64,000 bases of DNA from Caenispirillum bisanense (GTDB lineage Bacteria; Pseudomonadota; Alphaproteobacteria; Rhodospirillales; UBA2165). A model generated the notes under the pieces. It had not been told where the DNA came from. It saw only the letters and a program-made list of their open reading frames with translations, and ran no database searches. This document shows positions 31,599 through 41,633 of the stretch, piece after piece. The stretch is from assembly GCA_945877815.1 (NCBI GenBank), contig CAMDWJ010000008.1:51936-115935 (forward strand), given 5' to 3'. Both the position numbers and the translations under genes were made by a program. Position 1 is the first letter of the stretch. Each line of letters begins with the position of its first letter.

Positions 31599-32519
31599 CT
31601 AGGCCCCGGCTGCGGCCGCAACCTCTGCCGCGAAATCCTCATGTTTCTTTTCGATGCCTTCGCCGAGCGCAAAACGGCGGAATCCGGCGACTGTTACCGG
31701 CGCGCCGAGGTCCTTAGCAGCCTTGGTGACTGCATCGGCGACCTTGGTTTCGCCGTCGATGACGTAGGTTTGCTCCAGCAGGCAGACTTCCTCATAATAC
31801 TTGCGAAGCCGGCCTTCGACCATCTTTTCGATGATGTTTTCGGGACGCCCCGAGGAGCGCGCCATCTCGATCTGAAGGTTCTTTTCACGTTCCAGATCCG
31901 CCACGTTGACGTCAGCCCGCGACAAAGCCGTCGGATTGGCCGCCGCCACATGCATGGCCAGCTGCTTGCCGAGGGCTTCGAGCGTCGCTGCGTCTCCTTT
32001 GGATTCGAGCGCCACGAGGACGCCAATCTTGCCAAGACCCGGCTTCAAAGCACTGTGCATGTAGGACACGACAACGCCGGAACCAACCGACAGGACCGAC
32101 GCACGGCGCAGATTCATGTTCTCGCCGATGGTAGCAATCAGCGTCGTCAGCGTTTCGCTGACGGTTGCCGCACCGATCTTGGCAATCTTCAGGGCTTCGA
32201 TATCTTCACCCGTACTTATCGTCAGATCCGTCACCTGCTGGACGAAGGCCTGGAATTGGTCGTTGCGCGCAACGAAGTCCGTCTCGGCATTTACCTCGAC
32301 GATGGCGCCTTTGGTCCCGTTGGTCACGACGCCCACCAGACCTTCCGACGCGGTGCGTCCGGATTTCTTCGCCGCAGAGGCTAGGCCTTGCTTGCGCAGC
32401 CAATCCACAGCCGCTTCCACATCGCCGTCGTTGGTCGCCAGTGCCTTCTTGCAATCCATCATGCCGGCGCCGGTTTTTTCGCGCAGATCTTTGACCAGCG
32501 CAGCTGTAATTTCCGCCAT
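31599..32519 (-). CDS. tsf: elongation factor Ts
   Basis: 306 aa starting [27 protein letters not shown]. Confidence 0.95.
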   Translation of the reverse strand: MAEITAALVKDLREKTGAGMMDCKKALATNDGDVEAAVDWLRKQGLASAAKKSGRTASEGLVGVVTNGTKGAIVEVNAETDFVARNDQFQAFVQQVTDLTISTGEDIEALKIAKIGAATVSETLTTLIATIGENMNLRRASVLSVGSGVVVSYMHSALKPGLGKIGVLVALESKGDAATLEALGKQLAMHVAAANPTALSRADVNVADLEREKNLQIEMARSSGRPENIIEKMVEGRLRKYYEEVCLLEQTYVIDGETKVADAVTKAAKDLGAPVTVAGFRRFALGEGIEKKHEDFAAEVAAAAGA

Positions 32520-32549
32520 TTTCTTATCTCCGCTTGGTCCGACGAGGAA

Positions 32550-33353
32550 TTAGGCCGTAGCCGCAGCCTCAGCTTCCGCAGGCACCGCGACAGCCGACTC
32601 GATTTCGGCCGGCAATTCTTCGTGCGCGTCTTCGCGTGCACCGATATCGCCGCCGGACACCGTGATTTCGGACTGGATGCCCGACAACACTGAACCCGCG
32701 ATCATCTCGCAATATAGGTTGATCGCACGGATCGAGTCGTCGTTGCCCGGAACCGGATAGGTGATGCCTTCCGGGCTGGAATTCGAATCGAGGATCGCGA
32801 CGACCGGGATACCGAGCTTATTGGCTTCGGCCACGGCAATCGATTCTTTATTGGTATCGATGATGAAGACCACGTCGGGCAGACCGCCCATTTCCTTGAT
32901 ACCGCCGAGAGCGCGTTCGAGCTTGTCACGCTCGCGGGTCAGGCTCAGCAGCTCTTTCTTGGTGATGCCGATATTGCCCTGCGCCAATTGCTCTTCCAGC
33001 GTCTTCAAACGGCGGATCGAATTCGAAATCGTCTTCCAGTTGGTGAGCATGCCACCGAGCCAACGATGATTGACGTAATACTGGCCGCACTTCAGGGCAG
33101 CATCGGCGATCGGTTGGCTCGCCTGGCGTTTGGTGCCGACCCAAAGAACGCGGCCGCCGCCGGCCACGATGTCGTGGACTGCCTGCATGGCGCGATAAAG
33201 CATAGGTACGGATTGCTGAAGATCGATGATGTGTACGCCCTGGCGCACGCCAAAGATGTATTGCTCCATCTTCGGGTTCCAACGACGGGTAACATGTCCG
33301 AAATGCGCGCCGGACTCGAGAAGTTGGCGCATGGTAAAAGTTGGCAAAGCCAT
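32550..33353 (-). CDS. rpsB: 30S ribosomal protein S2
   Basis: 267 aa with [17 protein letters not shown] and an acidic/Ala-rich C-terminal tail. Confidence 0.95.
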   Translation of the reverse strand: MALPTFTMRQLLESGAHFGHVTRRWNPKMEQYIFGVRQGVHIIDLQQSVPMLYRAMQAVHDIVAGGGRVLWVGTKRQASQPIADAALKCGQYYVNHRWLGGMLTNWKTISNSIRRLKTLEEQLAQGNIGITKKELLSLTRERDKLERALGGIKEMGGLPDVVFIIDTNKESIAVAEANKLGIPVVAILDSNSSPEGITYPVPGNDDSIRAINLYCEMIAGSVLSGIQSEITVSGGDIGAREDAHEELPAEIESAVAVPAEAEAAATA

Positions 33354-33365
33354 TGTTTGTCCTTT

Positions 33366-33414
33366 CTCCGGTTGAACCTCCGCGGGCGAGAGTTTCCGTC
33401 TGGAAACACCGGAG
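33366..33414 (-). promoter_or_regulatory. possible structured rpsB 5' leader (SD-sequestering helix)
   Basis: The mRNA sense is CUCCGG-UGUUUCC-AGAC-GGAAAC-...-CCGGAG, followed by AAAGGACAAACA-AUG. The outer 3' strand overlaps the GGAG of the RBS. This is structure by eye only. Confidence 0.25.
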
Positions 33415-33531
33415 CGATGCCGACGGATTTACGTCGTCACCGCAGAGCCCGCGTGTGGGATTTAACGGAGCCTTATGTACTTAGAAAACATGGGAATAGC
33501 AAGGCCGTCCCAGGCACGATAGAACCGTTTC

Positions 33532-35148
33532 ATGAGCGATTATGACGCAGCGATCATCGGTGGGGGGCACAATGGGCTGGTCTGTGCCGCCTATCTAGCC
33601 GCCGCTGGCCTCAAAGTCGTCGTCTTGGAACGCCGCGCGGTGGTCGGCGGCGCGGCGGTGACCGAGGAATTTTACCCCGGATTTCGCAATTCCACGGCTT
33701 CCTACACCGTATCATTGTTGAATCCCAAGGTTTTGCACGATTTGGACCTGGCCGGACATGGCCTGCGCATTGTCGAACGCCCTTTGCAGAACTTCCTCCC
33801 TCTGCCCGACGGCCGCTATCTGAAGGTCGGCGCCGGACGGACCCGGGCCGAGGTCGCCAAATTCTCCACCAAGGATGCAACGCGTCTAGACGCCTATTCC
33901 GGGCGTCTGGAGGCCGTGGCCGACGTTCTTCGCGCCTTGGTTCTGGAAACGCCGCCCAACATGACCGAGGGCCATCCCGTCGCGGCGATCCTGGAATTGA
34001 TCAAGGCCGGCAGGCTGGGCAACCGCCTGCGCCGCCTGGGGCTCGAAGGACAGCGCGATTTGGTCACCCTGTTCACCGCTTCGGCCGGCGATTACCTAGA
34101 CAGCTGGTTCGAGAGCGACCCCATCAAGGCCGTTTTGGGGTTCGACGGCATCGTCGGCAATTACGCGAGCCCTTATAGCCCCGGTTCGGCCTATATCCTG
34201 CTACATCATTGTTTTGGCGAGATAAACGGCAAGAAGGGCATCTGGGCCCATGCGATCGGCGGCATGGGCGCGATCACCCAGGCCATGGCCAAAGCCGCCA
34301 TGGCGCGCGGTGTTGACATCCGCCTTTCCACCGCCGTGCGCGAGGTGATCGTCGAAAAAGGCCGCGCGGTCGGGGTCGCAACCGAAAGCGGCGAACGCAT
34401 CCGCGCCAGTGCGGTGATCTCGAATTTGAACCCAAAACTGCTGTTTTCGCGACTTATAGACCCTGCGAACCTGATTGAGGATTTCCAAAAGCGTATTGAG
34501 AATTGGCGGAACGGCTCTGGAAGCTTCCGCATGAACGTGGCCCTTTCGGAGCTGCCCGACTTCACCGCCCTGCCCGGCCGCGATCTAGCCGGGCATCACG
34601 CCTCGGGCATCATCATCGCCCCCGATCTCAATTATATGGAGCAAGCTTATTTCGATGCGCGCACGCATGGGTGGTCGCGCAAGCCCATTGTCGAGATGAT
34701 GATTTCGTCAACCATCGACGATACGCTGGCACCGAAAGGGCAACATGTGGCGAGCCTGTTTTGCCAGCACGTGGCGCCCCATCTGCCCAACGGTGAATCG
34801 TGGGACGATCACCGCGACGAAGTCGCCGATCTGATGATCGACACAATCGATGCCTATGCGCCCAACTTCAAAGCTTCGGTGCTGGGACGACAAGTCCTGA
34901 GCCCGCTCGATCTGGAGCGCACCTTCGGCTTGATCGACGGCGACATTTTCCACGGCAAGCTCGATCTCGGCCAGATGTTCTCGTCACGGCCTCTGCTCGG
35001 ACATGCCGATTATCGCGGACCGATCCCCGGGCTCTATATGTGCGGCTCAGGCACGCATCCCGGCGGCGGCGTGACGGGCGCGCCTGGGCACAATGCGGCA
35101 AGAGAAATATTGAGGGATTACAAAAAATCTCGTCATGCGCGGACGTGA
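33532..35148 (+). CDS. phytoene desaturase (CrtI)-like NAD(P)/FAD-dependent oxidoreductase
   Basis: 538 aa with an N-terminal dinucleotide fold (DAAIIGGGHNGLVCAAYLAAAGLKVVVLE) and a C-terminal GSGTHPGGGVTGAPG. The last codons and the stop lie in a repeat arm. Confidence 0.75.
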   Translation: MSDYDAAIIGGGHNGLVCAAYLAAAGLKVVVLERRAVVGGAAVTEEFYPGFRNSTASYTVSLLNPKVLHDLDLAGHGLRIVERPLQNFLPLPDGRYLKVGAGRTRAEVAKFSTKDATRLDAYSGRLEAVADVLRALVLETPPNMTEGHPVAAILELIKAGRLGNRLRRLGLEGQRDLVTLFTASAGDYLDSWFESDPIKAVLGFDGIVGNYASPYSPGSAYILLHHCFGEINGKKGIWAHAIGGMGAITQAMAKAAMARGVDIRLSTAVREVIVEKGRAVGVATESGERIRASAVISNLNPKLLFSRLIDPANLIEDFQKRIENWRNGSGSFRMNVALSELPDFTALPGRDLAGHHASGIIIAPDLNYMEQAYFDARTHGWSRKPIVEMMISSTIDDTLAPKGQHVASLFCQHVAPHLPNGESWDDHRDEVADLMIDTIDAYAPNFKASVLGRQVLSPLDLERTFGLIDGDIFHGKLDLGQMFSSRPLLGHADYRGPIPGLYMCGSGTHPGGGVTGAPGHNAAREILRDYKKSRHART

Positions 35149-35222
35149 TCCGAAACCCTCATCCTGAGCCTGTCGAAGGATTGGCAGCGGCACCCCTATG
35201 CTTCGACAAGCTCAGCACGAGG
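35132..35222. repeat. solo GTCATG arm plus a second inverted-repeat family; probable bidirectional terminator region
   Basis: The solo arm is GTCATGCGCGGACGTGATCCG (35132-35152). The inverted repeat is CCTCATCCTGAGCCTGTCGAAGG (35157-35179) and CTTCGACAAGCTCAGCACGAGG (35201-35222), 19/22 complementary. It lies between convergent gene ends. Confidence 0.7.
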
Positions 35223-35241
35223 AACTTAAAAAAGCTAATCC

Positions 35242-38200
35242 CTAAATCCGTCTGACGTCCACGACGCCGGAGATTGCCTTCACCGCCTGGGCCATGGCGG
35301 GCGAGACTTCGTATTTCTGCGGCAGGCGCACTTCTATCTCGGTGACCTCGTCGACGCGGGTCACCAAGATGACCTCGCCCCTGCCCTTTTTCTCGCGCGA
35401 CAGAACCTGCTGCAATGAGGTGAGCGGCTTCTCGTCATCGATGAATATCTTGAGCAGAGCGGTCGTTCCCGCCGATGCCTTGTCCAAGGCCTCGATTCCG
35501 ATGGCGGTGATGCGTTTGGTTTCGCCCTGGACCTGAAGCCCGGCCTTGATGAGGACCGCCTTGCCCGGAACCAAAAGCTCGCGCGCTTGCGTCAGGACTT
35601 CGGAAAAGACAGTGATTTCATACTGGCCGCTGGAATCCGAAAGCTGGACGAAGGCGTATTTGTTGCCCTTCTGCGAGGTGCGTTCGCGCTTACCCTCGAC
35701 GACCCCGGCCAGCCGCACAGCCGCATCGGAGCGCATTTGCGAGACCTCGTCGTAGGTTTTGACACGCAGGCGCTGAAGCTCGGCCTCGTAGACATCAAGC
35801 GGATGCGACGACAGATGGAACCCGATCGCGCCGAATTCCTCGCGCAATTTGTCCATCGGCAGCCAATCGGCCACATCAGGCAGAACGATGCCCTTGAGCT
35901 GCGCGCTCTCGCCGCCGAACAATCCGATCTGCGCGCTGTCGCGTTCCTCGCGCGCCATATTCGCATGGCGAAGGATAGCTTCGATTCCGTCGAATATCTG
36001 TTTGCGATTGATGGCAATACCGTCGAAGGCGCCCGAGCGCACAAGATTTTCGAGCTGCCGTTTGTTCACCGATTTGGAATCGAGGCGCCGGGCGAAATCG
36101 GAAATATCCTTGAAGGGGCCCTTCTTGGTTCGCTCCGCAACGACGCCCGCCATGGCGCCGGCTCCGACATTCTTCACGGCAGCCAACGCATAGCGGATGG
36201 CCCCGGAACCGTCGGCTAGATTTTCCACCTTGAAGGTAACGTCCGAGCGGTTGATGTCGGGCGGCAGCAAGCTAATTCCGAGTCGCTTCAATTCGAGCCG
36301 CATCTGGCCGAGCTTGTCGGTCGAATGCATATCCAGCGTCATGGTCGCGGCCATGAATTCGACCGGATAGTTCGCCTTCAAATACGCCGTCTGATAGGCG
36401 ACCAGCGCATAGGCGGCGGCGTGCGACTTGTTGAAGCCGTAGCCCGCGAACTTCGCCATCTGATCGAAGATGTCGGAGGCTTTGCCTTCGGGCACGCCAC
36501 GCGCGACCGAACCTTCGACGAAGGATTTGCGCTGCGCATCCATCTCGGCCTTGATCTTCTTGCCCATCGCGCGGCGCAACAGATCGGCGCCACCGAGCGT
36601 ATAGCCCGCCATCTCCTGCGCGATCTGCATGACCTGTTCCTGATAGATCATGATCCCGTGCGTTTCCTTCAGGATCTGCTCCAGGGTCGGATACAGGTAA
36701 TCGGGCACCTCCTGCCCGTGCTTGCGCCGAATATAGGAAGGAATGTTGTCCATCGGGCCCGGACGATAGAGCGACACCATGGCGATGATGTCTTCGAACT
36801 TGTCGGGCTTCAGGCCGCGCAACATGTCGCGCATGCCGGTACTTTCCAACTGGAACACCCCGGTTGTGTCCCCGCTCGCCATCAGCTCGTAACTTTTGCG
36901 GTCATCGAGCGGAAGCTTATCGATATCGATGGGTACGCCGCGTTCGCGCAGGATATCGACCGCGACCTTGAGCACGGTCAGCGTCTTGAGACCGAGGAAG
37001 TCGAACTTCACCAGCCCCGCCGCTTCGACCCATTTCATCGAATATTGGGTGACCGCCGTGCCGGAGCGTGGATCGAAATAAAGCGGGACCAGTTCGGTCA
37101 GATCGCGGTCGCCGATGACGACACCCGCCGCGTGGGTCGATGCGTGGCGATAAAGCCCTTCGAGCTTGCCCGCGATGGTCACCAGATGCTTGACCGCCTC
37201 GTCCTTGGCGATCTCCTCGCGCAACAAAGGCTCGCCATTGATCGCCTGTTGCAGGGTGACGGGTGCGGCCGGATTGTTGGGCACCAGCTTGCAGATGCGG
37301 TCGACCTGCGGATAGGGCATCTGCAAGACGCGGCCAACATCGCGCAGAGCCGCGCGCGGCTGTAACGTTCCGAAGGTGATGATCTGCGCGACGCGCCCGG
37401 CGCCATATTTCTGTTGAACATAGTGGATCACTTCGTCGCGACGATCCTGGCAGAAATCGACGTCGAAGTCGGGCATCGACACGCGTTCCGGATTGAGGAA
37501 ACGTTCGAACAACAAGCCCCAGCGCAAGGGATCGAGATCCGTGATGGTGGTCGCCCAGGCAACCACCGAGCCGGCACCCGAACCGCGCCCGGGTCCCACC
37601 GGGATGCCTTGTGCCTTCGCCCAGCGGATGAAATCGGCAACGATCAGGAAGTAGCCCGGAAATCCCATCTGGGCGATGACATCGAGTTCGTAGACAAGAC
37701 GGTCGCGATAGGGTTTGGCGGCTTGCTCGCGTTCCTCGTCGGTCATCTCAGATGTGAAGACCTGAACAGCCAAGCGATCTTCCAGCCCTTCGCGGGCGAG
37801 ATCGGCCAATGCCTCGGCATCGCTGCGGGAATCGCCCTCCTGTTTCGGCGCGGGGGGGAGCAAGGGTTTGCGCGTTTCCGCCATCACGGCGCAGCGCCGC
37901 GCGATCGCCAAGGTATTATCGATCGCCTCCGGCAGATCGGCGAACAGGGCACGCATCTCTTGGGCGGATTTGAAACGATGGTCCGGCGTCATGCGGCGGC
38001 GGCCTGTTTGGCCGACGTAAGATCCCTCGGCGATGCAGATCAGCGCATCGTGCGCCTCGTACATGCCTTCGTTGGAAAAAAAACATTCGTTGGTGGCGAC
38101 AAGCGGCAGGGCGTGCGCATAGGCGAGTTCGACGAGCTTGCCTTCGATCGCGCGCTCGGATGGCAGTCCGTGACGCATCACTTCGATATAAAGACTTCCA

Positions 38201-38739
38201 GGGAATGTGGCCTTGAGACGGCCGAGCAATTCCTCAGCATGATCCATCTGGCCATCCGCGATCAATCGCCCCAGCCCACCGGACGGGCCGCCGGTCAGCG
38301 CGATCAAGCCCTCGCCCCGTCCCTCCAAGGCCTCCATCGACAAGGACGGCACGCCCGTGGCACCCGCATTGACGTGCATTTCGCTGACCAATTTGAGCAG
38401 CGTGGCATAGCCGACCTGATTCTGCGCGAGAACGACCAACTGGTCGGGCTTGGCCATCGGGCCATTCGCAATTTTAGCATTGTCTTCGCCGCGCCAGCGA
38501 AACGGTTCGATGGCCAATTGGCAGCCGATGATCGGCTGTACCCCCGCCTTCGCGCAATATTCCGAAAATTCGAGCGCGCCAAACAGATTGCCGGTATCGG
38601 TCATGGCGACCGCCGGCATCGCGGCATCCTCGCATAGTTTGACGAGGTCCTTGATCTTGATCGCCCCTTCGAGGAGCGAATAAGCGGTGTGGACGCGGAG
38701 ATGAACGAAATCAGTGTGTGACATCAGCCACGATTCCAT
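35242..38739 (-). CDS. dnaE: DNA polymerase III subunit alpha
   Basis: 1165 aa with a PHP domain (FVHLRVHTAYSLLEGA), polymerase core (GFPGYFLIVADFI, PDFDVDF) and an OB fold. An alternative ATG is at 38724. Confidence 0.95.
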   Translation of the reverse strand: MESWLMSHTDFVHLRVHTAYSLLEGAIKIKDLVKLCEDAAMPAVAMTDTGNLFGALEFSEYCAKAGVQPIIGCQLAIEPFRWRGEDNAKIANGPMAKPDQLVVLAQNQVGYATLLKLVSEMHVNAGATGVPSLSMEALEGRGEGLIALTGGPSGGLGRLIADGQMDHAEELLGRLKATFPGSLYIEVMRHGLPSERAIEGKLVELAYAHALPLVATNECFFSNEGMYEAHDALICIAEGSYVGQTGRRRMTPDHRFKSAQEMRALFADLPEAIDNTLAIARRCAVMAETRKPLLPPAPKQEGDSRSDAEALADLAREGLEDRLAVQVFTSEMTDEEREQAAKPYRDRLVYELDVIAQMGFPGYFLIVADFIRWAKAQGIPVGPGRGSGAGSVVAWATTITDLDPLRWGLLFERFLNPERVSMPDFDVDFCQDRRDEVIHYVQQKYGAGRVAQIITFGTLQPRAALRDVGRVLQMPYPQVDRICKLVPNNPAAPVTLQQAINGEPLLREEIAKDEAVKHLVTIAGKLEGLYRHASTHAAGVVIGDRDLTELVPLYFDPRSGTAVTQYSMKWVEAAGLVKFDFLGLKTLTVLKVAVDILRERGVPIDIDKLPLDDRKSYELMASGDTTGVFQLESTGMRDMLRGLKPDKFEDIIAMVSLYRPGPMDNIPSYIRRKHGQEVPDYLYPTLEQILKETHGIMIYQEQVMQIAQEMAGYTLGGADLLRRAMGKKIKAEMDAQRKSFVEGSVARGVPEGKASDIFDQMAKFAGYGFNKSHAAAYALVAYQTAYLKANYPVEFMAATMTLDMHSTDKLGQMRLELKRLGISLLPPDINRSDVTFKVENLADGSGAIRYALAAVKNVGAGAMAGVVAERTKKGPFKDISDFARRLDSKSVNKRQLENLVRSGAFDGIAINRKQIFDGIEAILRHANMAREERDSAQIGLFGGESAQLKGIVLPDVADWLPMDKLREEFGAIGFHLSSHPLDVYEAELQRLRVKTYDEVSQMRSDAAVRLAGVVEGKRERTSQKGNKYAFVQLSDSSGQYEITVFSEVLTQARELLVPGKAVLIKAGLQVQGETKRITAIGIEALDKASAGTTALLKIFIDDEKPLTSLQQVLSREKKGRGEVILVTRVDEVTEIEVRLPQKYEVSPAMAQAVKAISGVVDVRRI

Positions 38740-38772
38740 AGACTCGGGCGATTGTCACCTCATGAAGGCGCC

Positions 38773-38834
38773 GTCACCCCCGCGCAGGCGGGGGTCCAGA
38801 GAAAAGCCTGGATTCCCGCCTTCGCGGGAATGAC
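38773..38834. repeat. nested-palindrome intergenic repeat (variant of the GTCA...TGAC family)
   Basis: The arms are GTCACCCCCGCGCAGGCGGGGGTCCAG and CTGGATTCCCGCCTTCGCGGGAATGAC. It sits directly upstream of dnaE. Confidence 0.75.
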
Positions 38835-38856
38835 GTATAAAATTAACGTGCTTACA

Positions 38857-38915
38857 CCATATCGGCCGAATGTTGCGACCGCAGGTGAAATTGGCCGTAT
38901 CCTTCGAATCGCCCG
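38857..38915 (+). repeat. direct repeat copy A flanking the SBP gene
   Basis: It shares an identical 18-nt block (GTTGCGACCGCAGGTGAA) and an identical 10-nt block (ATCCTTCGAA) with 40875-40933, in the same orientation. Confidence 0.8.
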
Positions 38916-39213
38916 TCCCTTTATATTTGGCGATTCAGTGTATTGTGTGTGATTCACACCTGGTGAGCCAAAACGGTAATTTTTACGACCCAAAATATTC
39001 TTCGCTGACGACAAATTGATTGGTAACTATAATTTTACGGAGGAGACTCAATCGGGAAAATTGAGCTTCTTTAATAACGCCCGTGAATTCCATCGCGGTG
39101 CATAACAGGTAGCCATTCGCGAAAGGACAACAAAGATGGGCGTTACGTATTGTGTGAATGACAAAACTCAGCCGACCGGCCAACACGCGGTCCAACCGGT
39201 CGGGGGCAACGAC

Positions 39214-40788
39214 ATGCTCTCGGACCGCAAATCCCTCAGTGTTTACTTAAGCCTGAAAAAAATTCTTCTTCTCGCGGCCGTGGCCGCAGCCGCCACGGCA
39301 TTCGCCTCGCCGGTTCTTGCACAAAAGGCCAAGGACACGCTCCGTTTTCCCATCCTGGATGGTGAAACGATTCTGGACCAGTATCTGTCGCCGGGCGCCT
39401 TCCATTACACCTGGGGGCCCGCGGTGTATGACAGCCTCGTCGGGTTCGATCCGAAGAAGGGCGAGTTCCTTCCGTTCCTGGCCAAGTCCTGGTCGCAACC
39501 GAGTCCGACGACCTACGAATACGTGCTGCGCGAGGATATCAAATGGCATGACGGCCAAGCCTTCGATGCCGACGATGTCGTCTACACGCTGAATTACCTG
39601 ACCGATCCGAAGGTCAACCTTCGTTACAAGGCACAATGGACCTGGATCCAGTCGGTGGAGAAATTGGGGGCATACAAGGTCCGCATCACGGCCAAGAAAC
39701 CGGTGGCCGATGGCCTGATGTGGATGTCCAACAGCACCACGATTTTCCCCGAGCATCTGCATGCTCCGCTCGAGAACAAACAAGATTTCGGCGCGCGGCC
39801 CATCGGGACCGGTCCTTACAAGGTCACGAAGCTCGATAAGAATGCCGGTATCTTTCTGGACAAGAACCCGAACTTCGTCGCCACACCCGCGAAAAGCGCG
39901 GCAACGATCGGCAAGGTGATCGGTGAACCGATCCCGGACGCCGGGACACTCGTGGCGGCCCTATTGGTGGGCAAAGCCGATCTGGCGTTCGACGTTCCGG
40001 TCGACCAAGCCGCCGAGCTTCGCGCCAGCGGCCGCTTCGAAAGCACGCTGGCGCCGGCAGCCGTCGCCTATAGCTTCGTCGGTTTCCCGACGGCGGCATG
40101 GCCGAATGCGAAGCCTATCACCGATCCGCGCGTGCGCCTCGCGATTGCCATGGCGATCGACACCAAGGCTCTGATCGATGTGCAATATGGTGAGCTTGGT
40201 CGCTCGATCAAACCGTCCGATGGGCTGTGTTCCAAGGAACAGCTGGGTTGCGGCTTTACAAAGTTGAAACCAGCATACGATCCGGCGGGCGCCAAGAAAC
40301 TGCTGGCCGAGGCAGGTTATGCTGACGGATTCGACATCATCATCAGTACCCATCCGACGTCGGTCGTACCCGCGACCGCCGTTTCGGGTATGTTGCGCGC
40401 CGTTGGCATTCGCGCGAGCGTGCAGCCGCATCAGATCGTCCAGCGCGTCCAACTGGTCAACTCAGGCAAGGTCCAGATCGGCTTTTACGGGTGGAGCGGC
40501 GGCGCACTCTTCGAGACATCGGGCAATATCGTGCGGCATGTCGGCAGCAAGGAATATGACGATCCAACCCTGACCGAGATGGCGAACGCGACCTTCGGCA
40601 TCATGAACGATGCGGAGCGACGCAAGGAAGTCGCGAAGGTATTCGATTATATCCACGATAAGGCTTATGCCTTCCCGATGGTGCCGTTACGCTCGATCTA
40701 CACCCATACAAAAGAAGTGAAGCTCGACGTTACAGATGAGATTCGCGAATCCCAACTGCCCAGCGTCCATGAGTTCGCCTGGAAGTAA
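39214..40788 (+). CDS. ABC transporter substrate-binding protein (family 5, peptide/nickel/opine type), orphan
   Basis: 524 aa from ATG 39214, with a signal peptide (KKILLLAAVAAAATAFASPVLAQ). The body is family-5 SBP-like (YKVTKLDKNAGIFLDKNPNF). There are no adjacent permease or ATPase genes. Confidence 0.8.
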   Translation: MLSDRKSLSVYLSLKKILLLAAVAAAATAFASPVLAQKAKDTLRFPILDGETILDQYLSPGAFHYTWGPAVYDSLVGFDPKKGEFLPFLAKSWSQPSPTTYEYVLREDIKWHDGQAFDADDVVYTLNYLTDPKVNLRYKAQWTWIQSVEKLGAYKVRITAKKPVADGLMWMSNSTTIFPEHLHAPLENKQDFGARPIGTGPYKVTKLDKNAGIFLDKNPNFVATPAKSAATIGKVIGEPIPDAGTLVAALLVGKADLAFDVPVDQAAELRASGRFESTLAPAAVAYSFVGFPTAAWPNAKPITDPRVRLAIAMAIDTKALIDVQYGELGRSIKPSDGLCSKEQLGCGFTKLKPAYDPAGAKKLLAEAGYADGFDIIISTHPTSVVPATAVSGMLRAVGIRASVQPHQIVQRVQLVNSGKVQIGFYGWSGGALFETSGNIVRHVGSKEYDDPTLTEMANATFGIMNDAERRKEVAKVFDYIHDKAYAFPMVPLRSIYTHTKEVKLDVTDEIRESQLPSVHEFAWK

Positions 40789-40805
40789 GTCGGAATGCGT
40801 TTTCG

Positions 40806-40840
40806 GGGCGCCGATCTCGATGGTCGGCGCCCTTTTACTT
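40806..40840 (+). terminator. rho-independent terminator of the SBP gene
   Basis: The structure is GGGCGCCGA-tctcgatgg-TCGGCGCCC followed by TTTTACTTTCTT. It starts 18 nt after the stop. Confidence 0.7.
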
Positions 40841-40874
40841 TCTTCACCCGGCGCCTCGCGTCAACAAACCTCCG

Positions 40875-40933
40875 CCATATTGGCGGTATCGTTGCGACCG
40901 CAGGTGAAGCTGGCAGCATCCTTCGAACGCCCG
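40875..40933 (+). repeat. direct repeat copy B flanking the SBP gene
   Basis: See copy A. This copy ends 5 nt before the lolD stop codon. Confidence 0.8.
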
Positions 40934-40937
40934 ACGT

Positions 40938-41629
<692 letters not shown>

Positions 41630-41633
<4 letters not shown>

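Noticed and set aside
38983-39195. 70-aa minus-strand ORF in the AT-rich region upstream of the SBP gene. Two others lie at 38752-38952 (plus strand) and 38760-39014 (minus strand).
   Set aside because: They are mutually overlapping and traverse repeat elements. They have no RBS or recognisable domain, and their codon composition is unlike the neighbouring genes.
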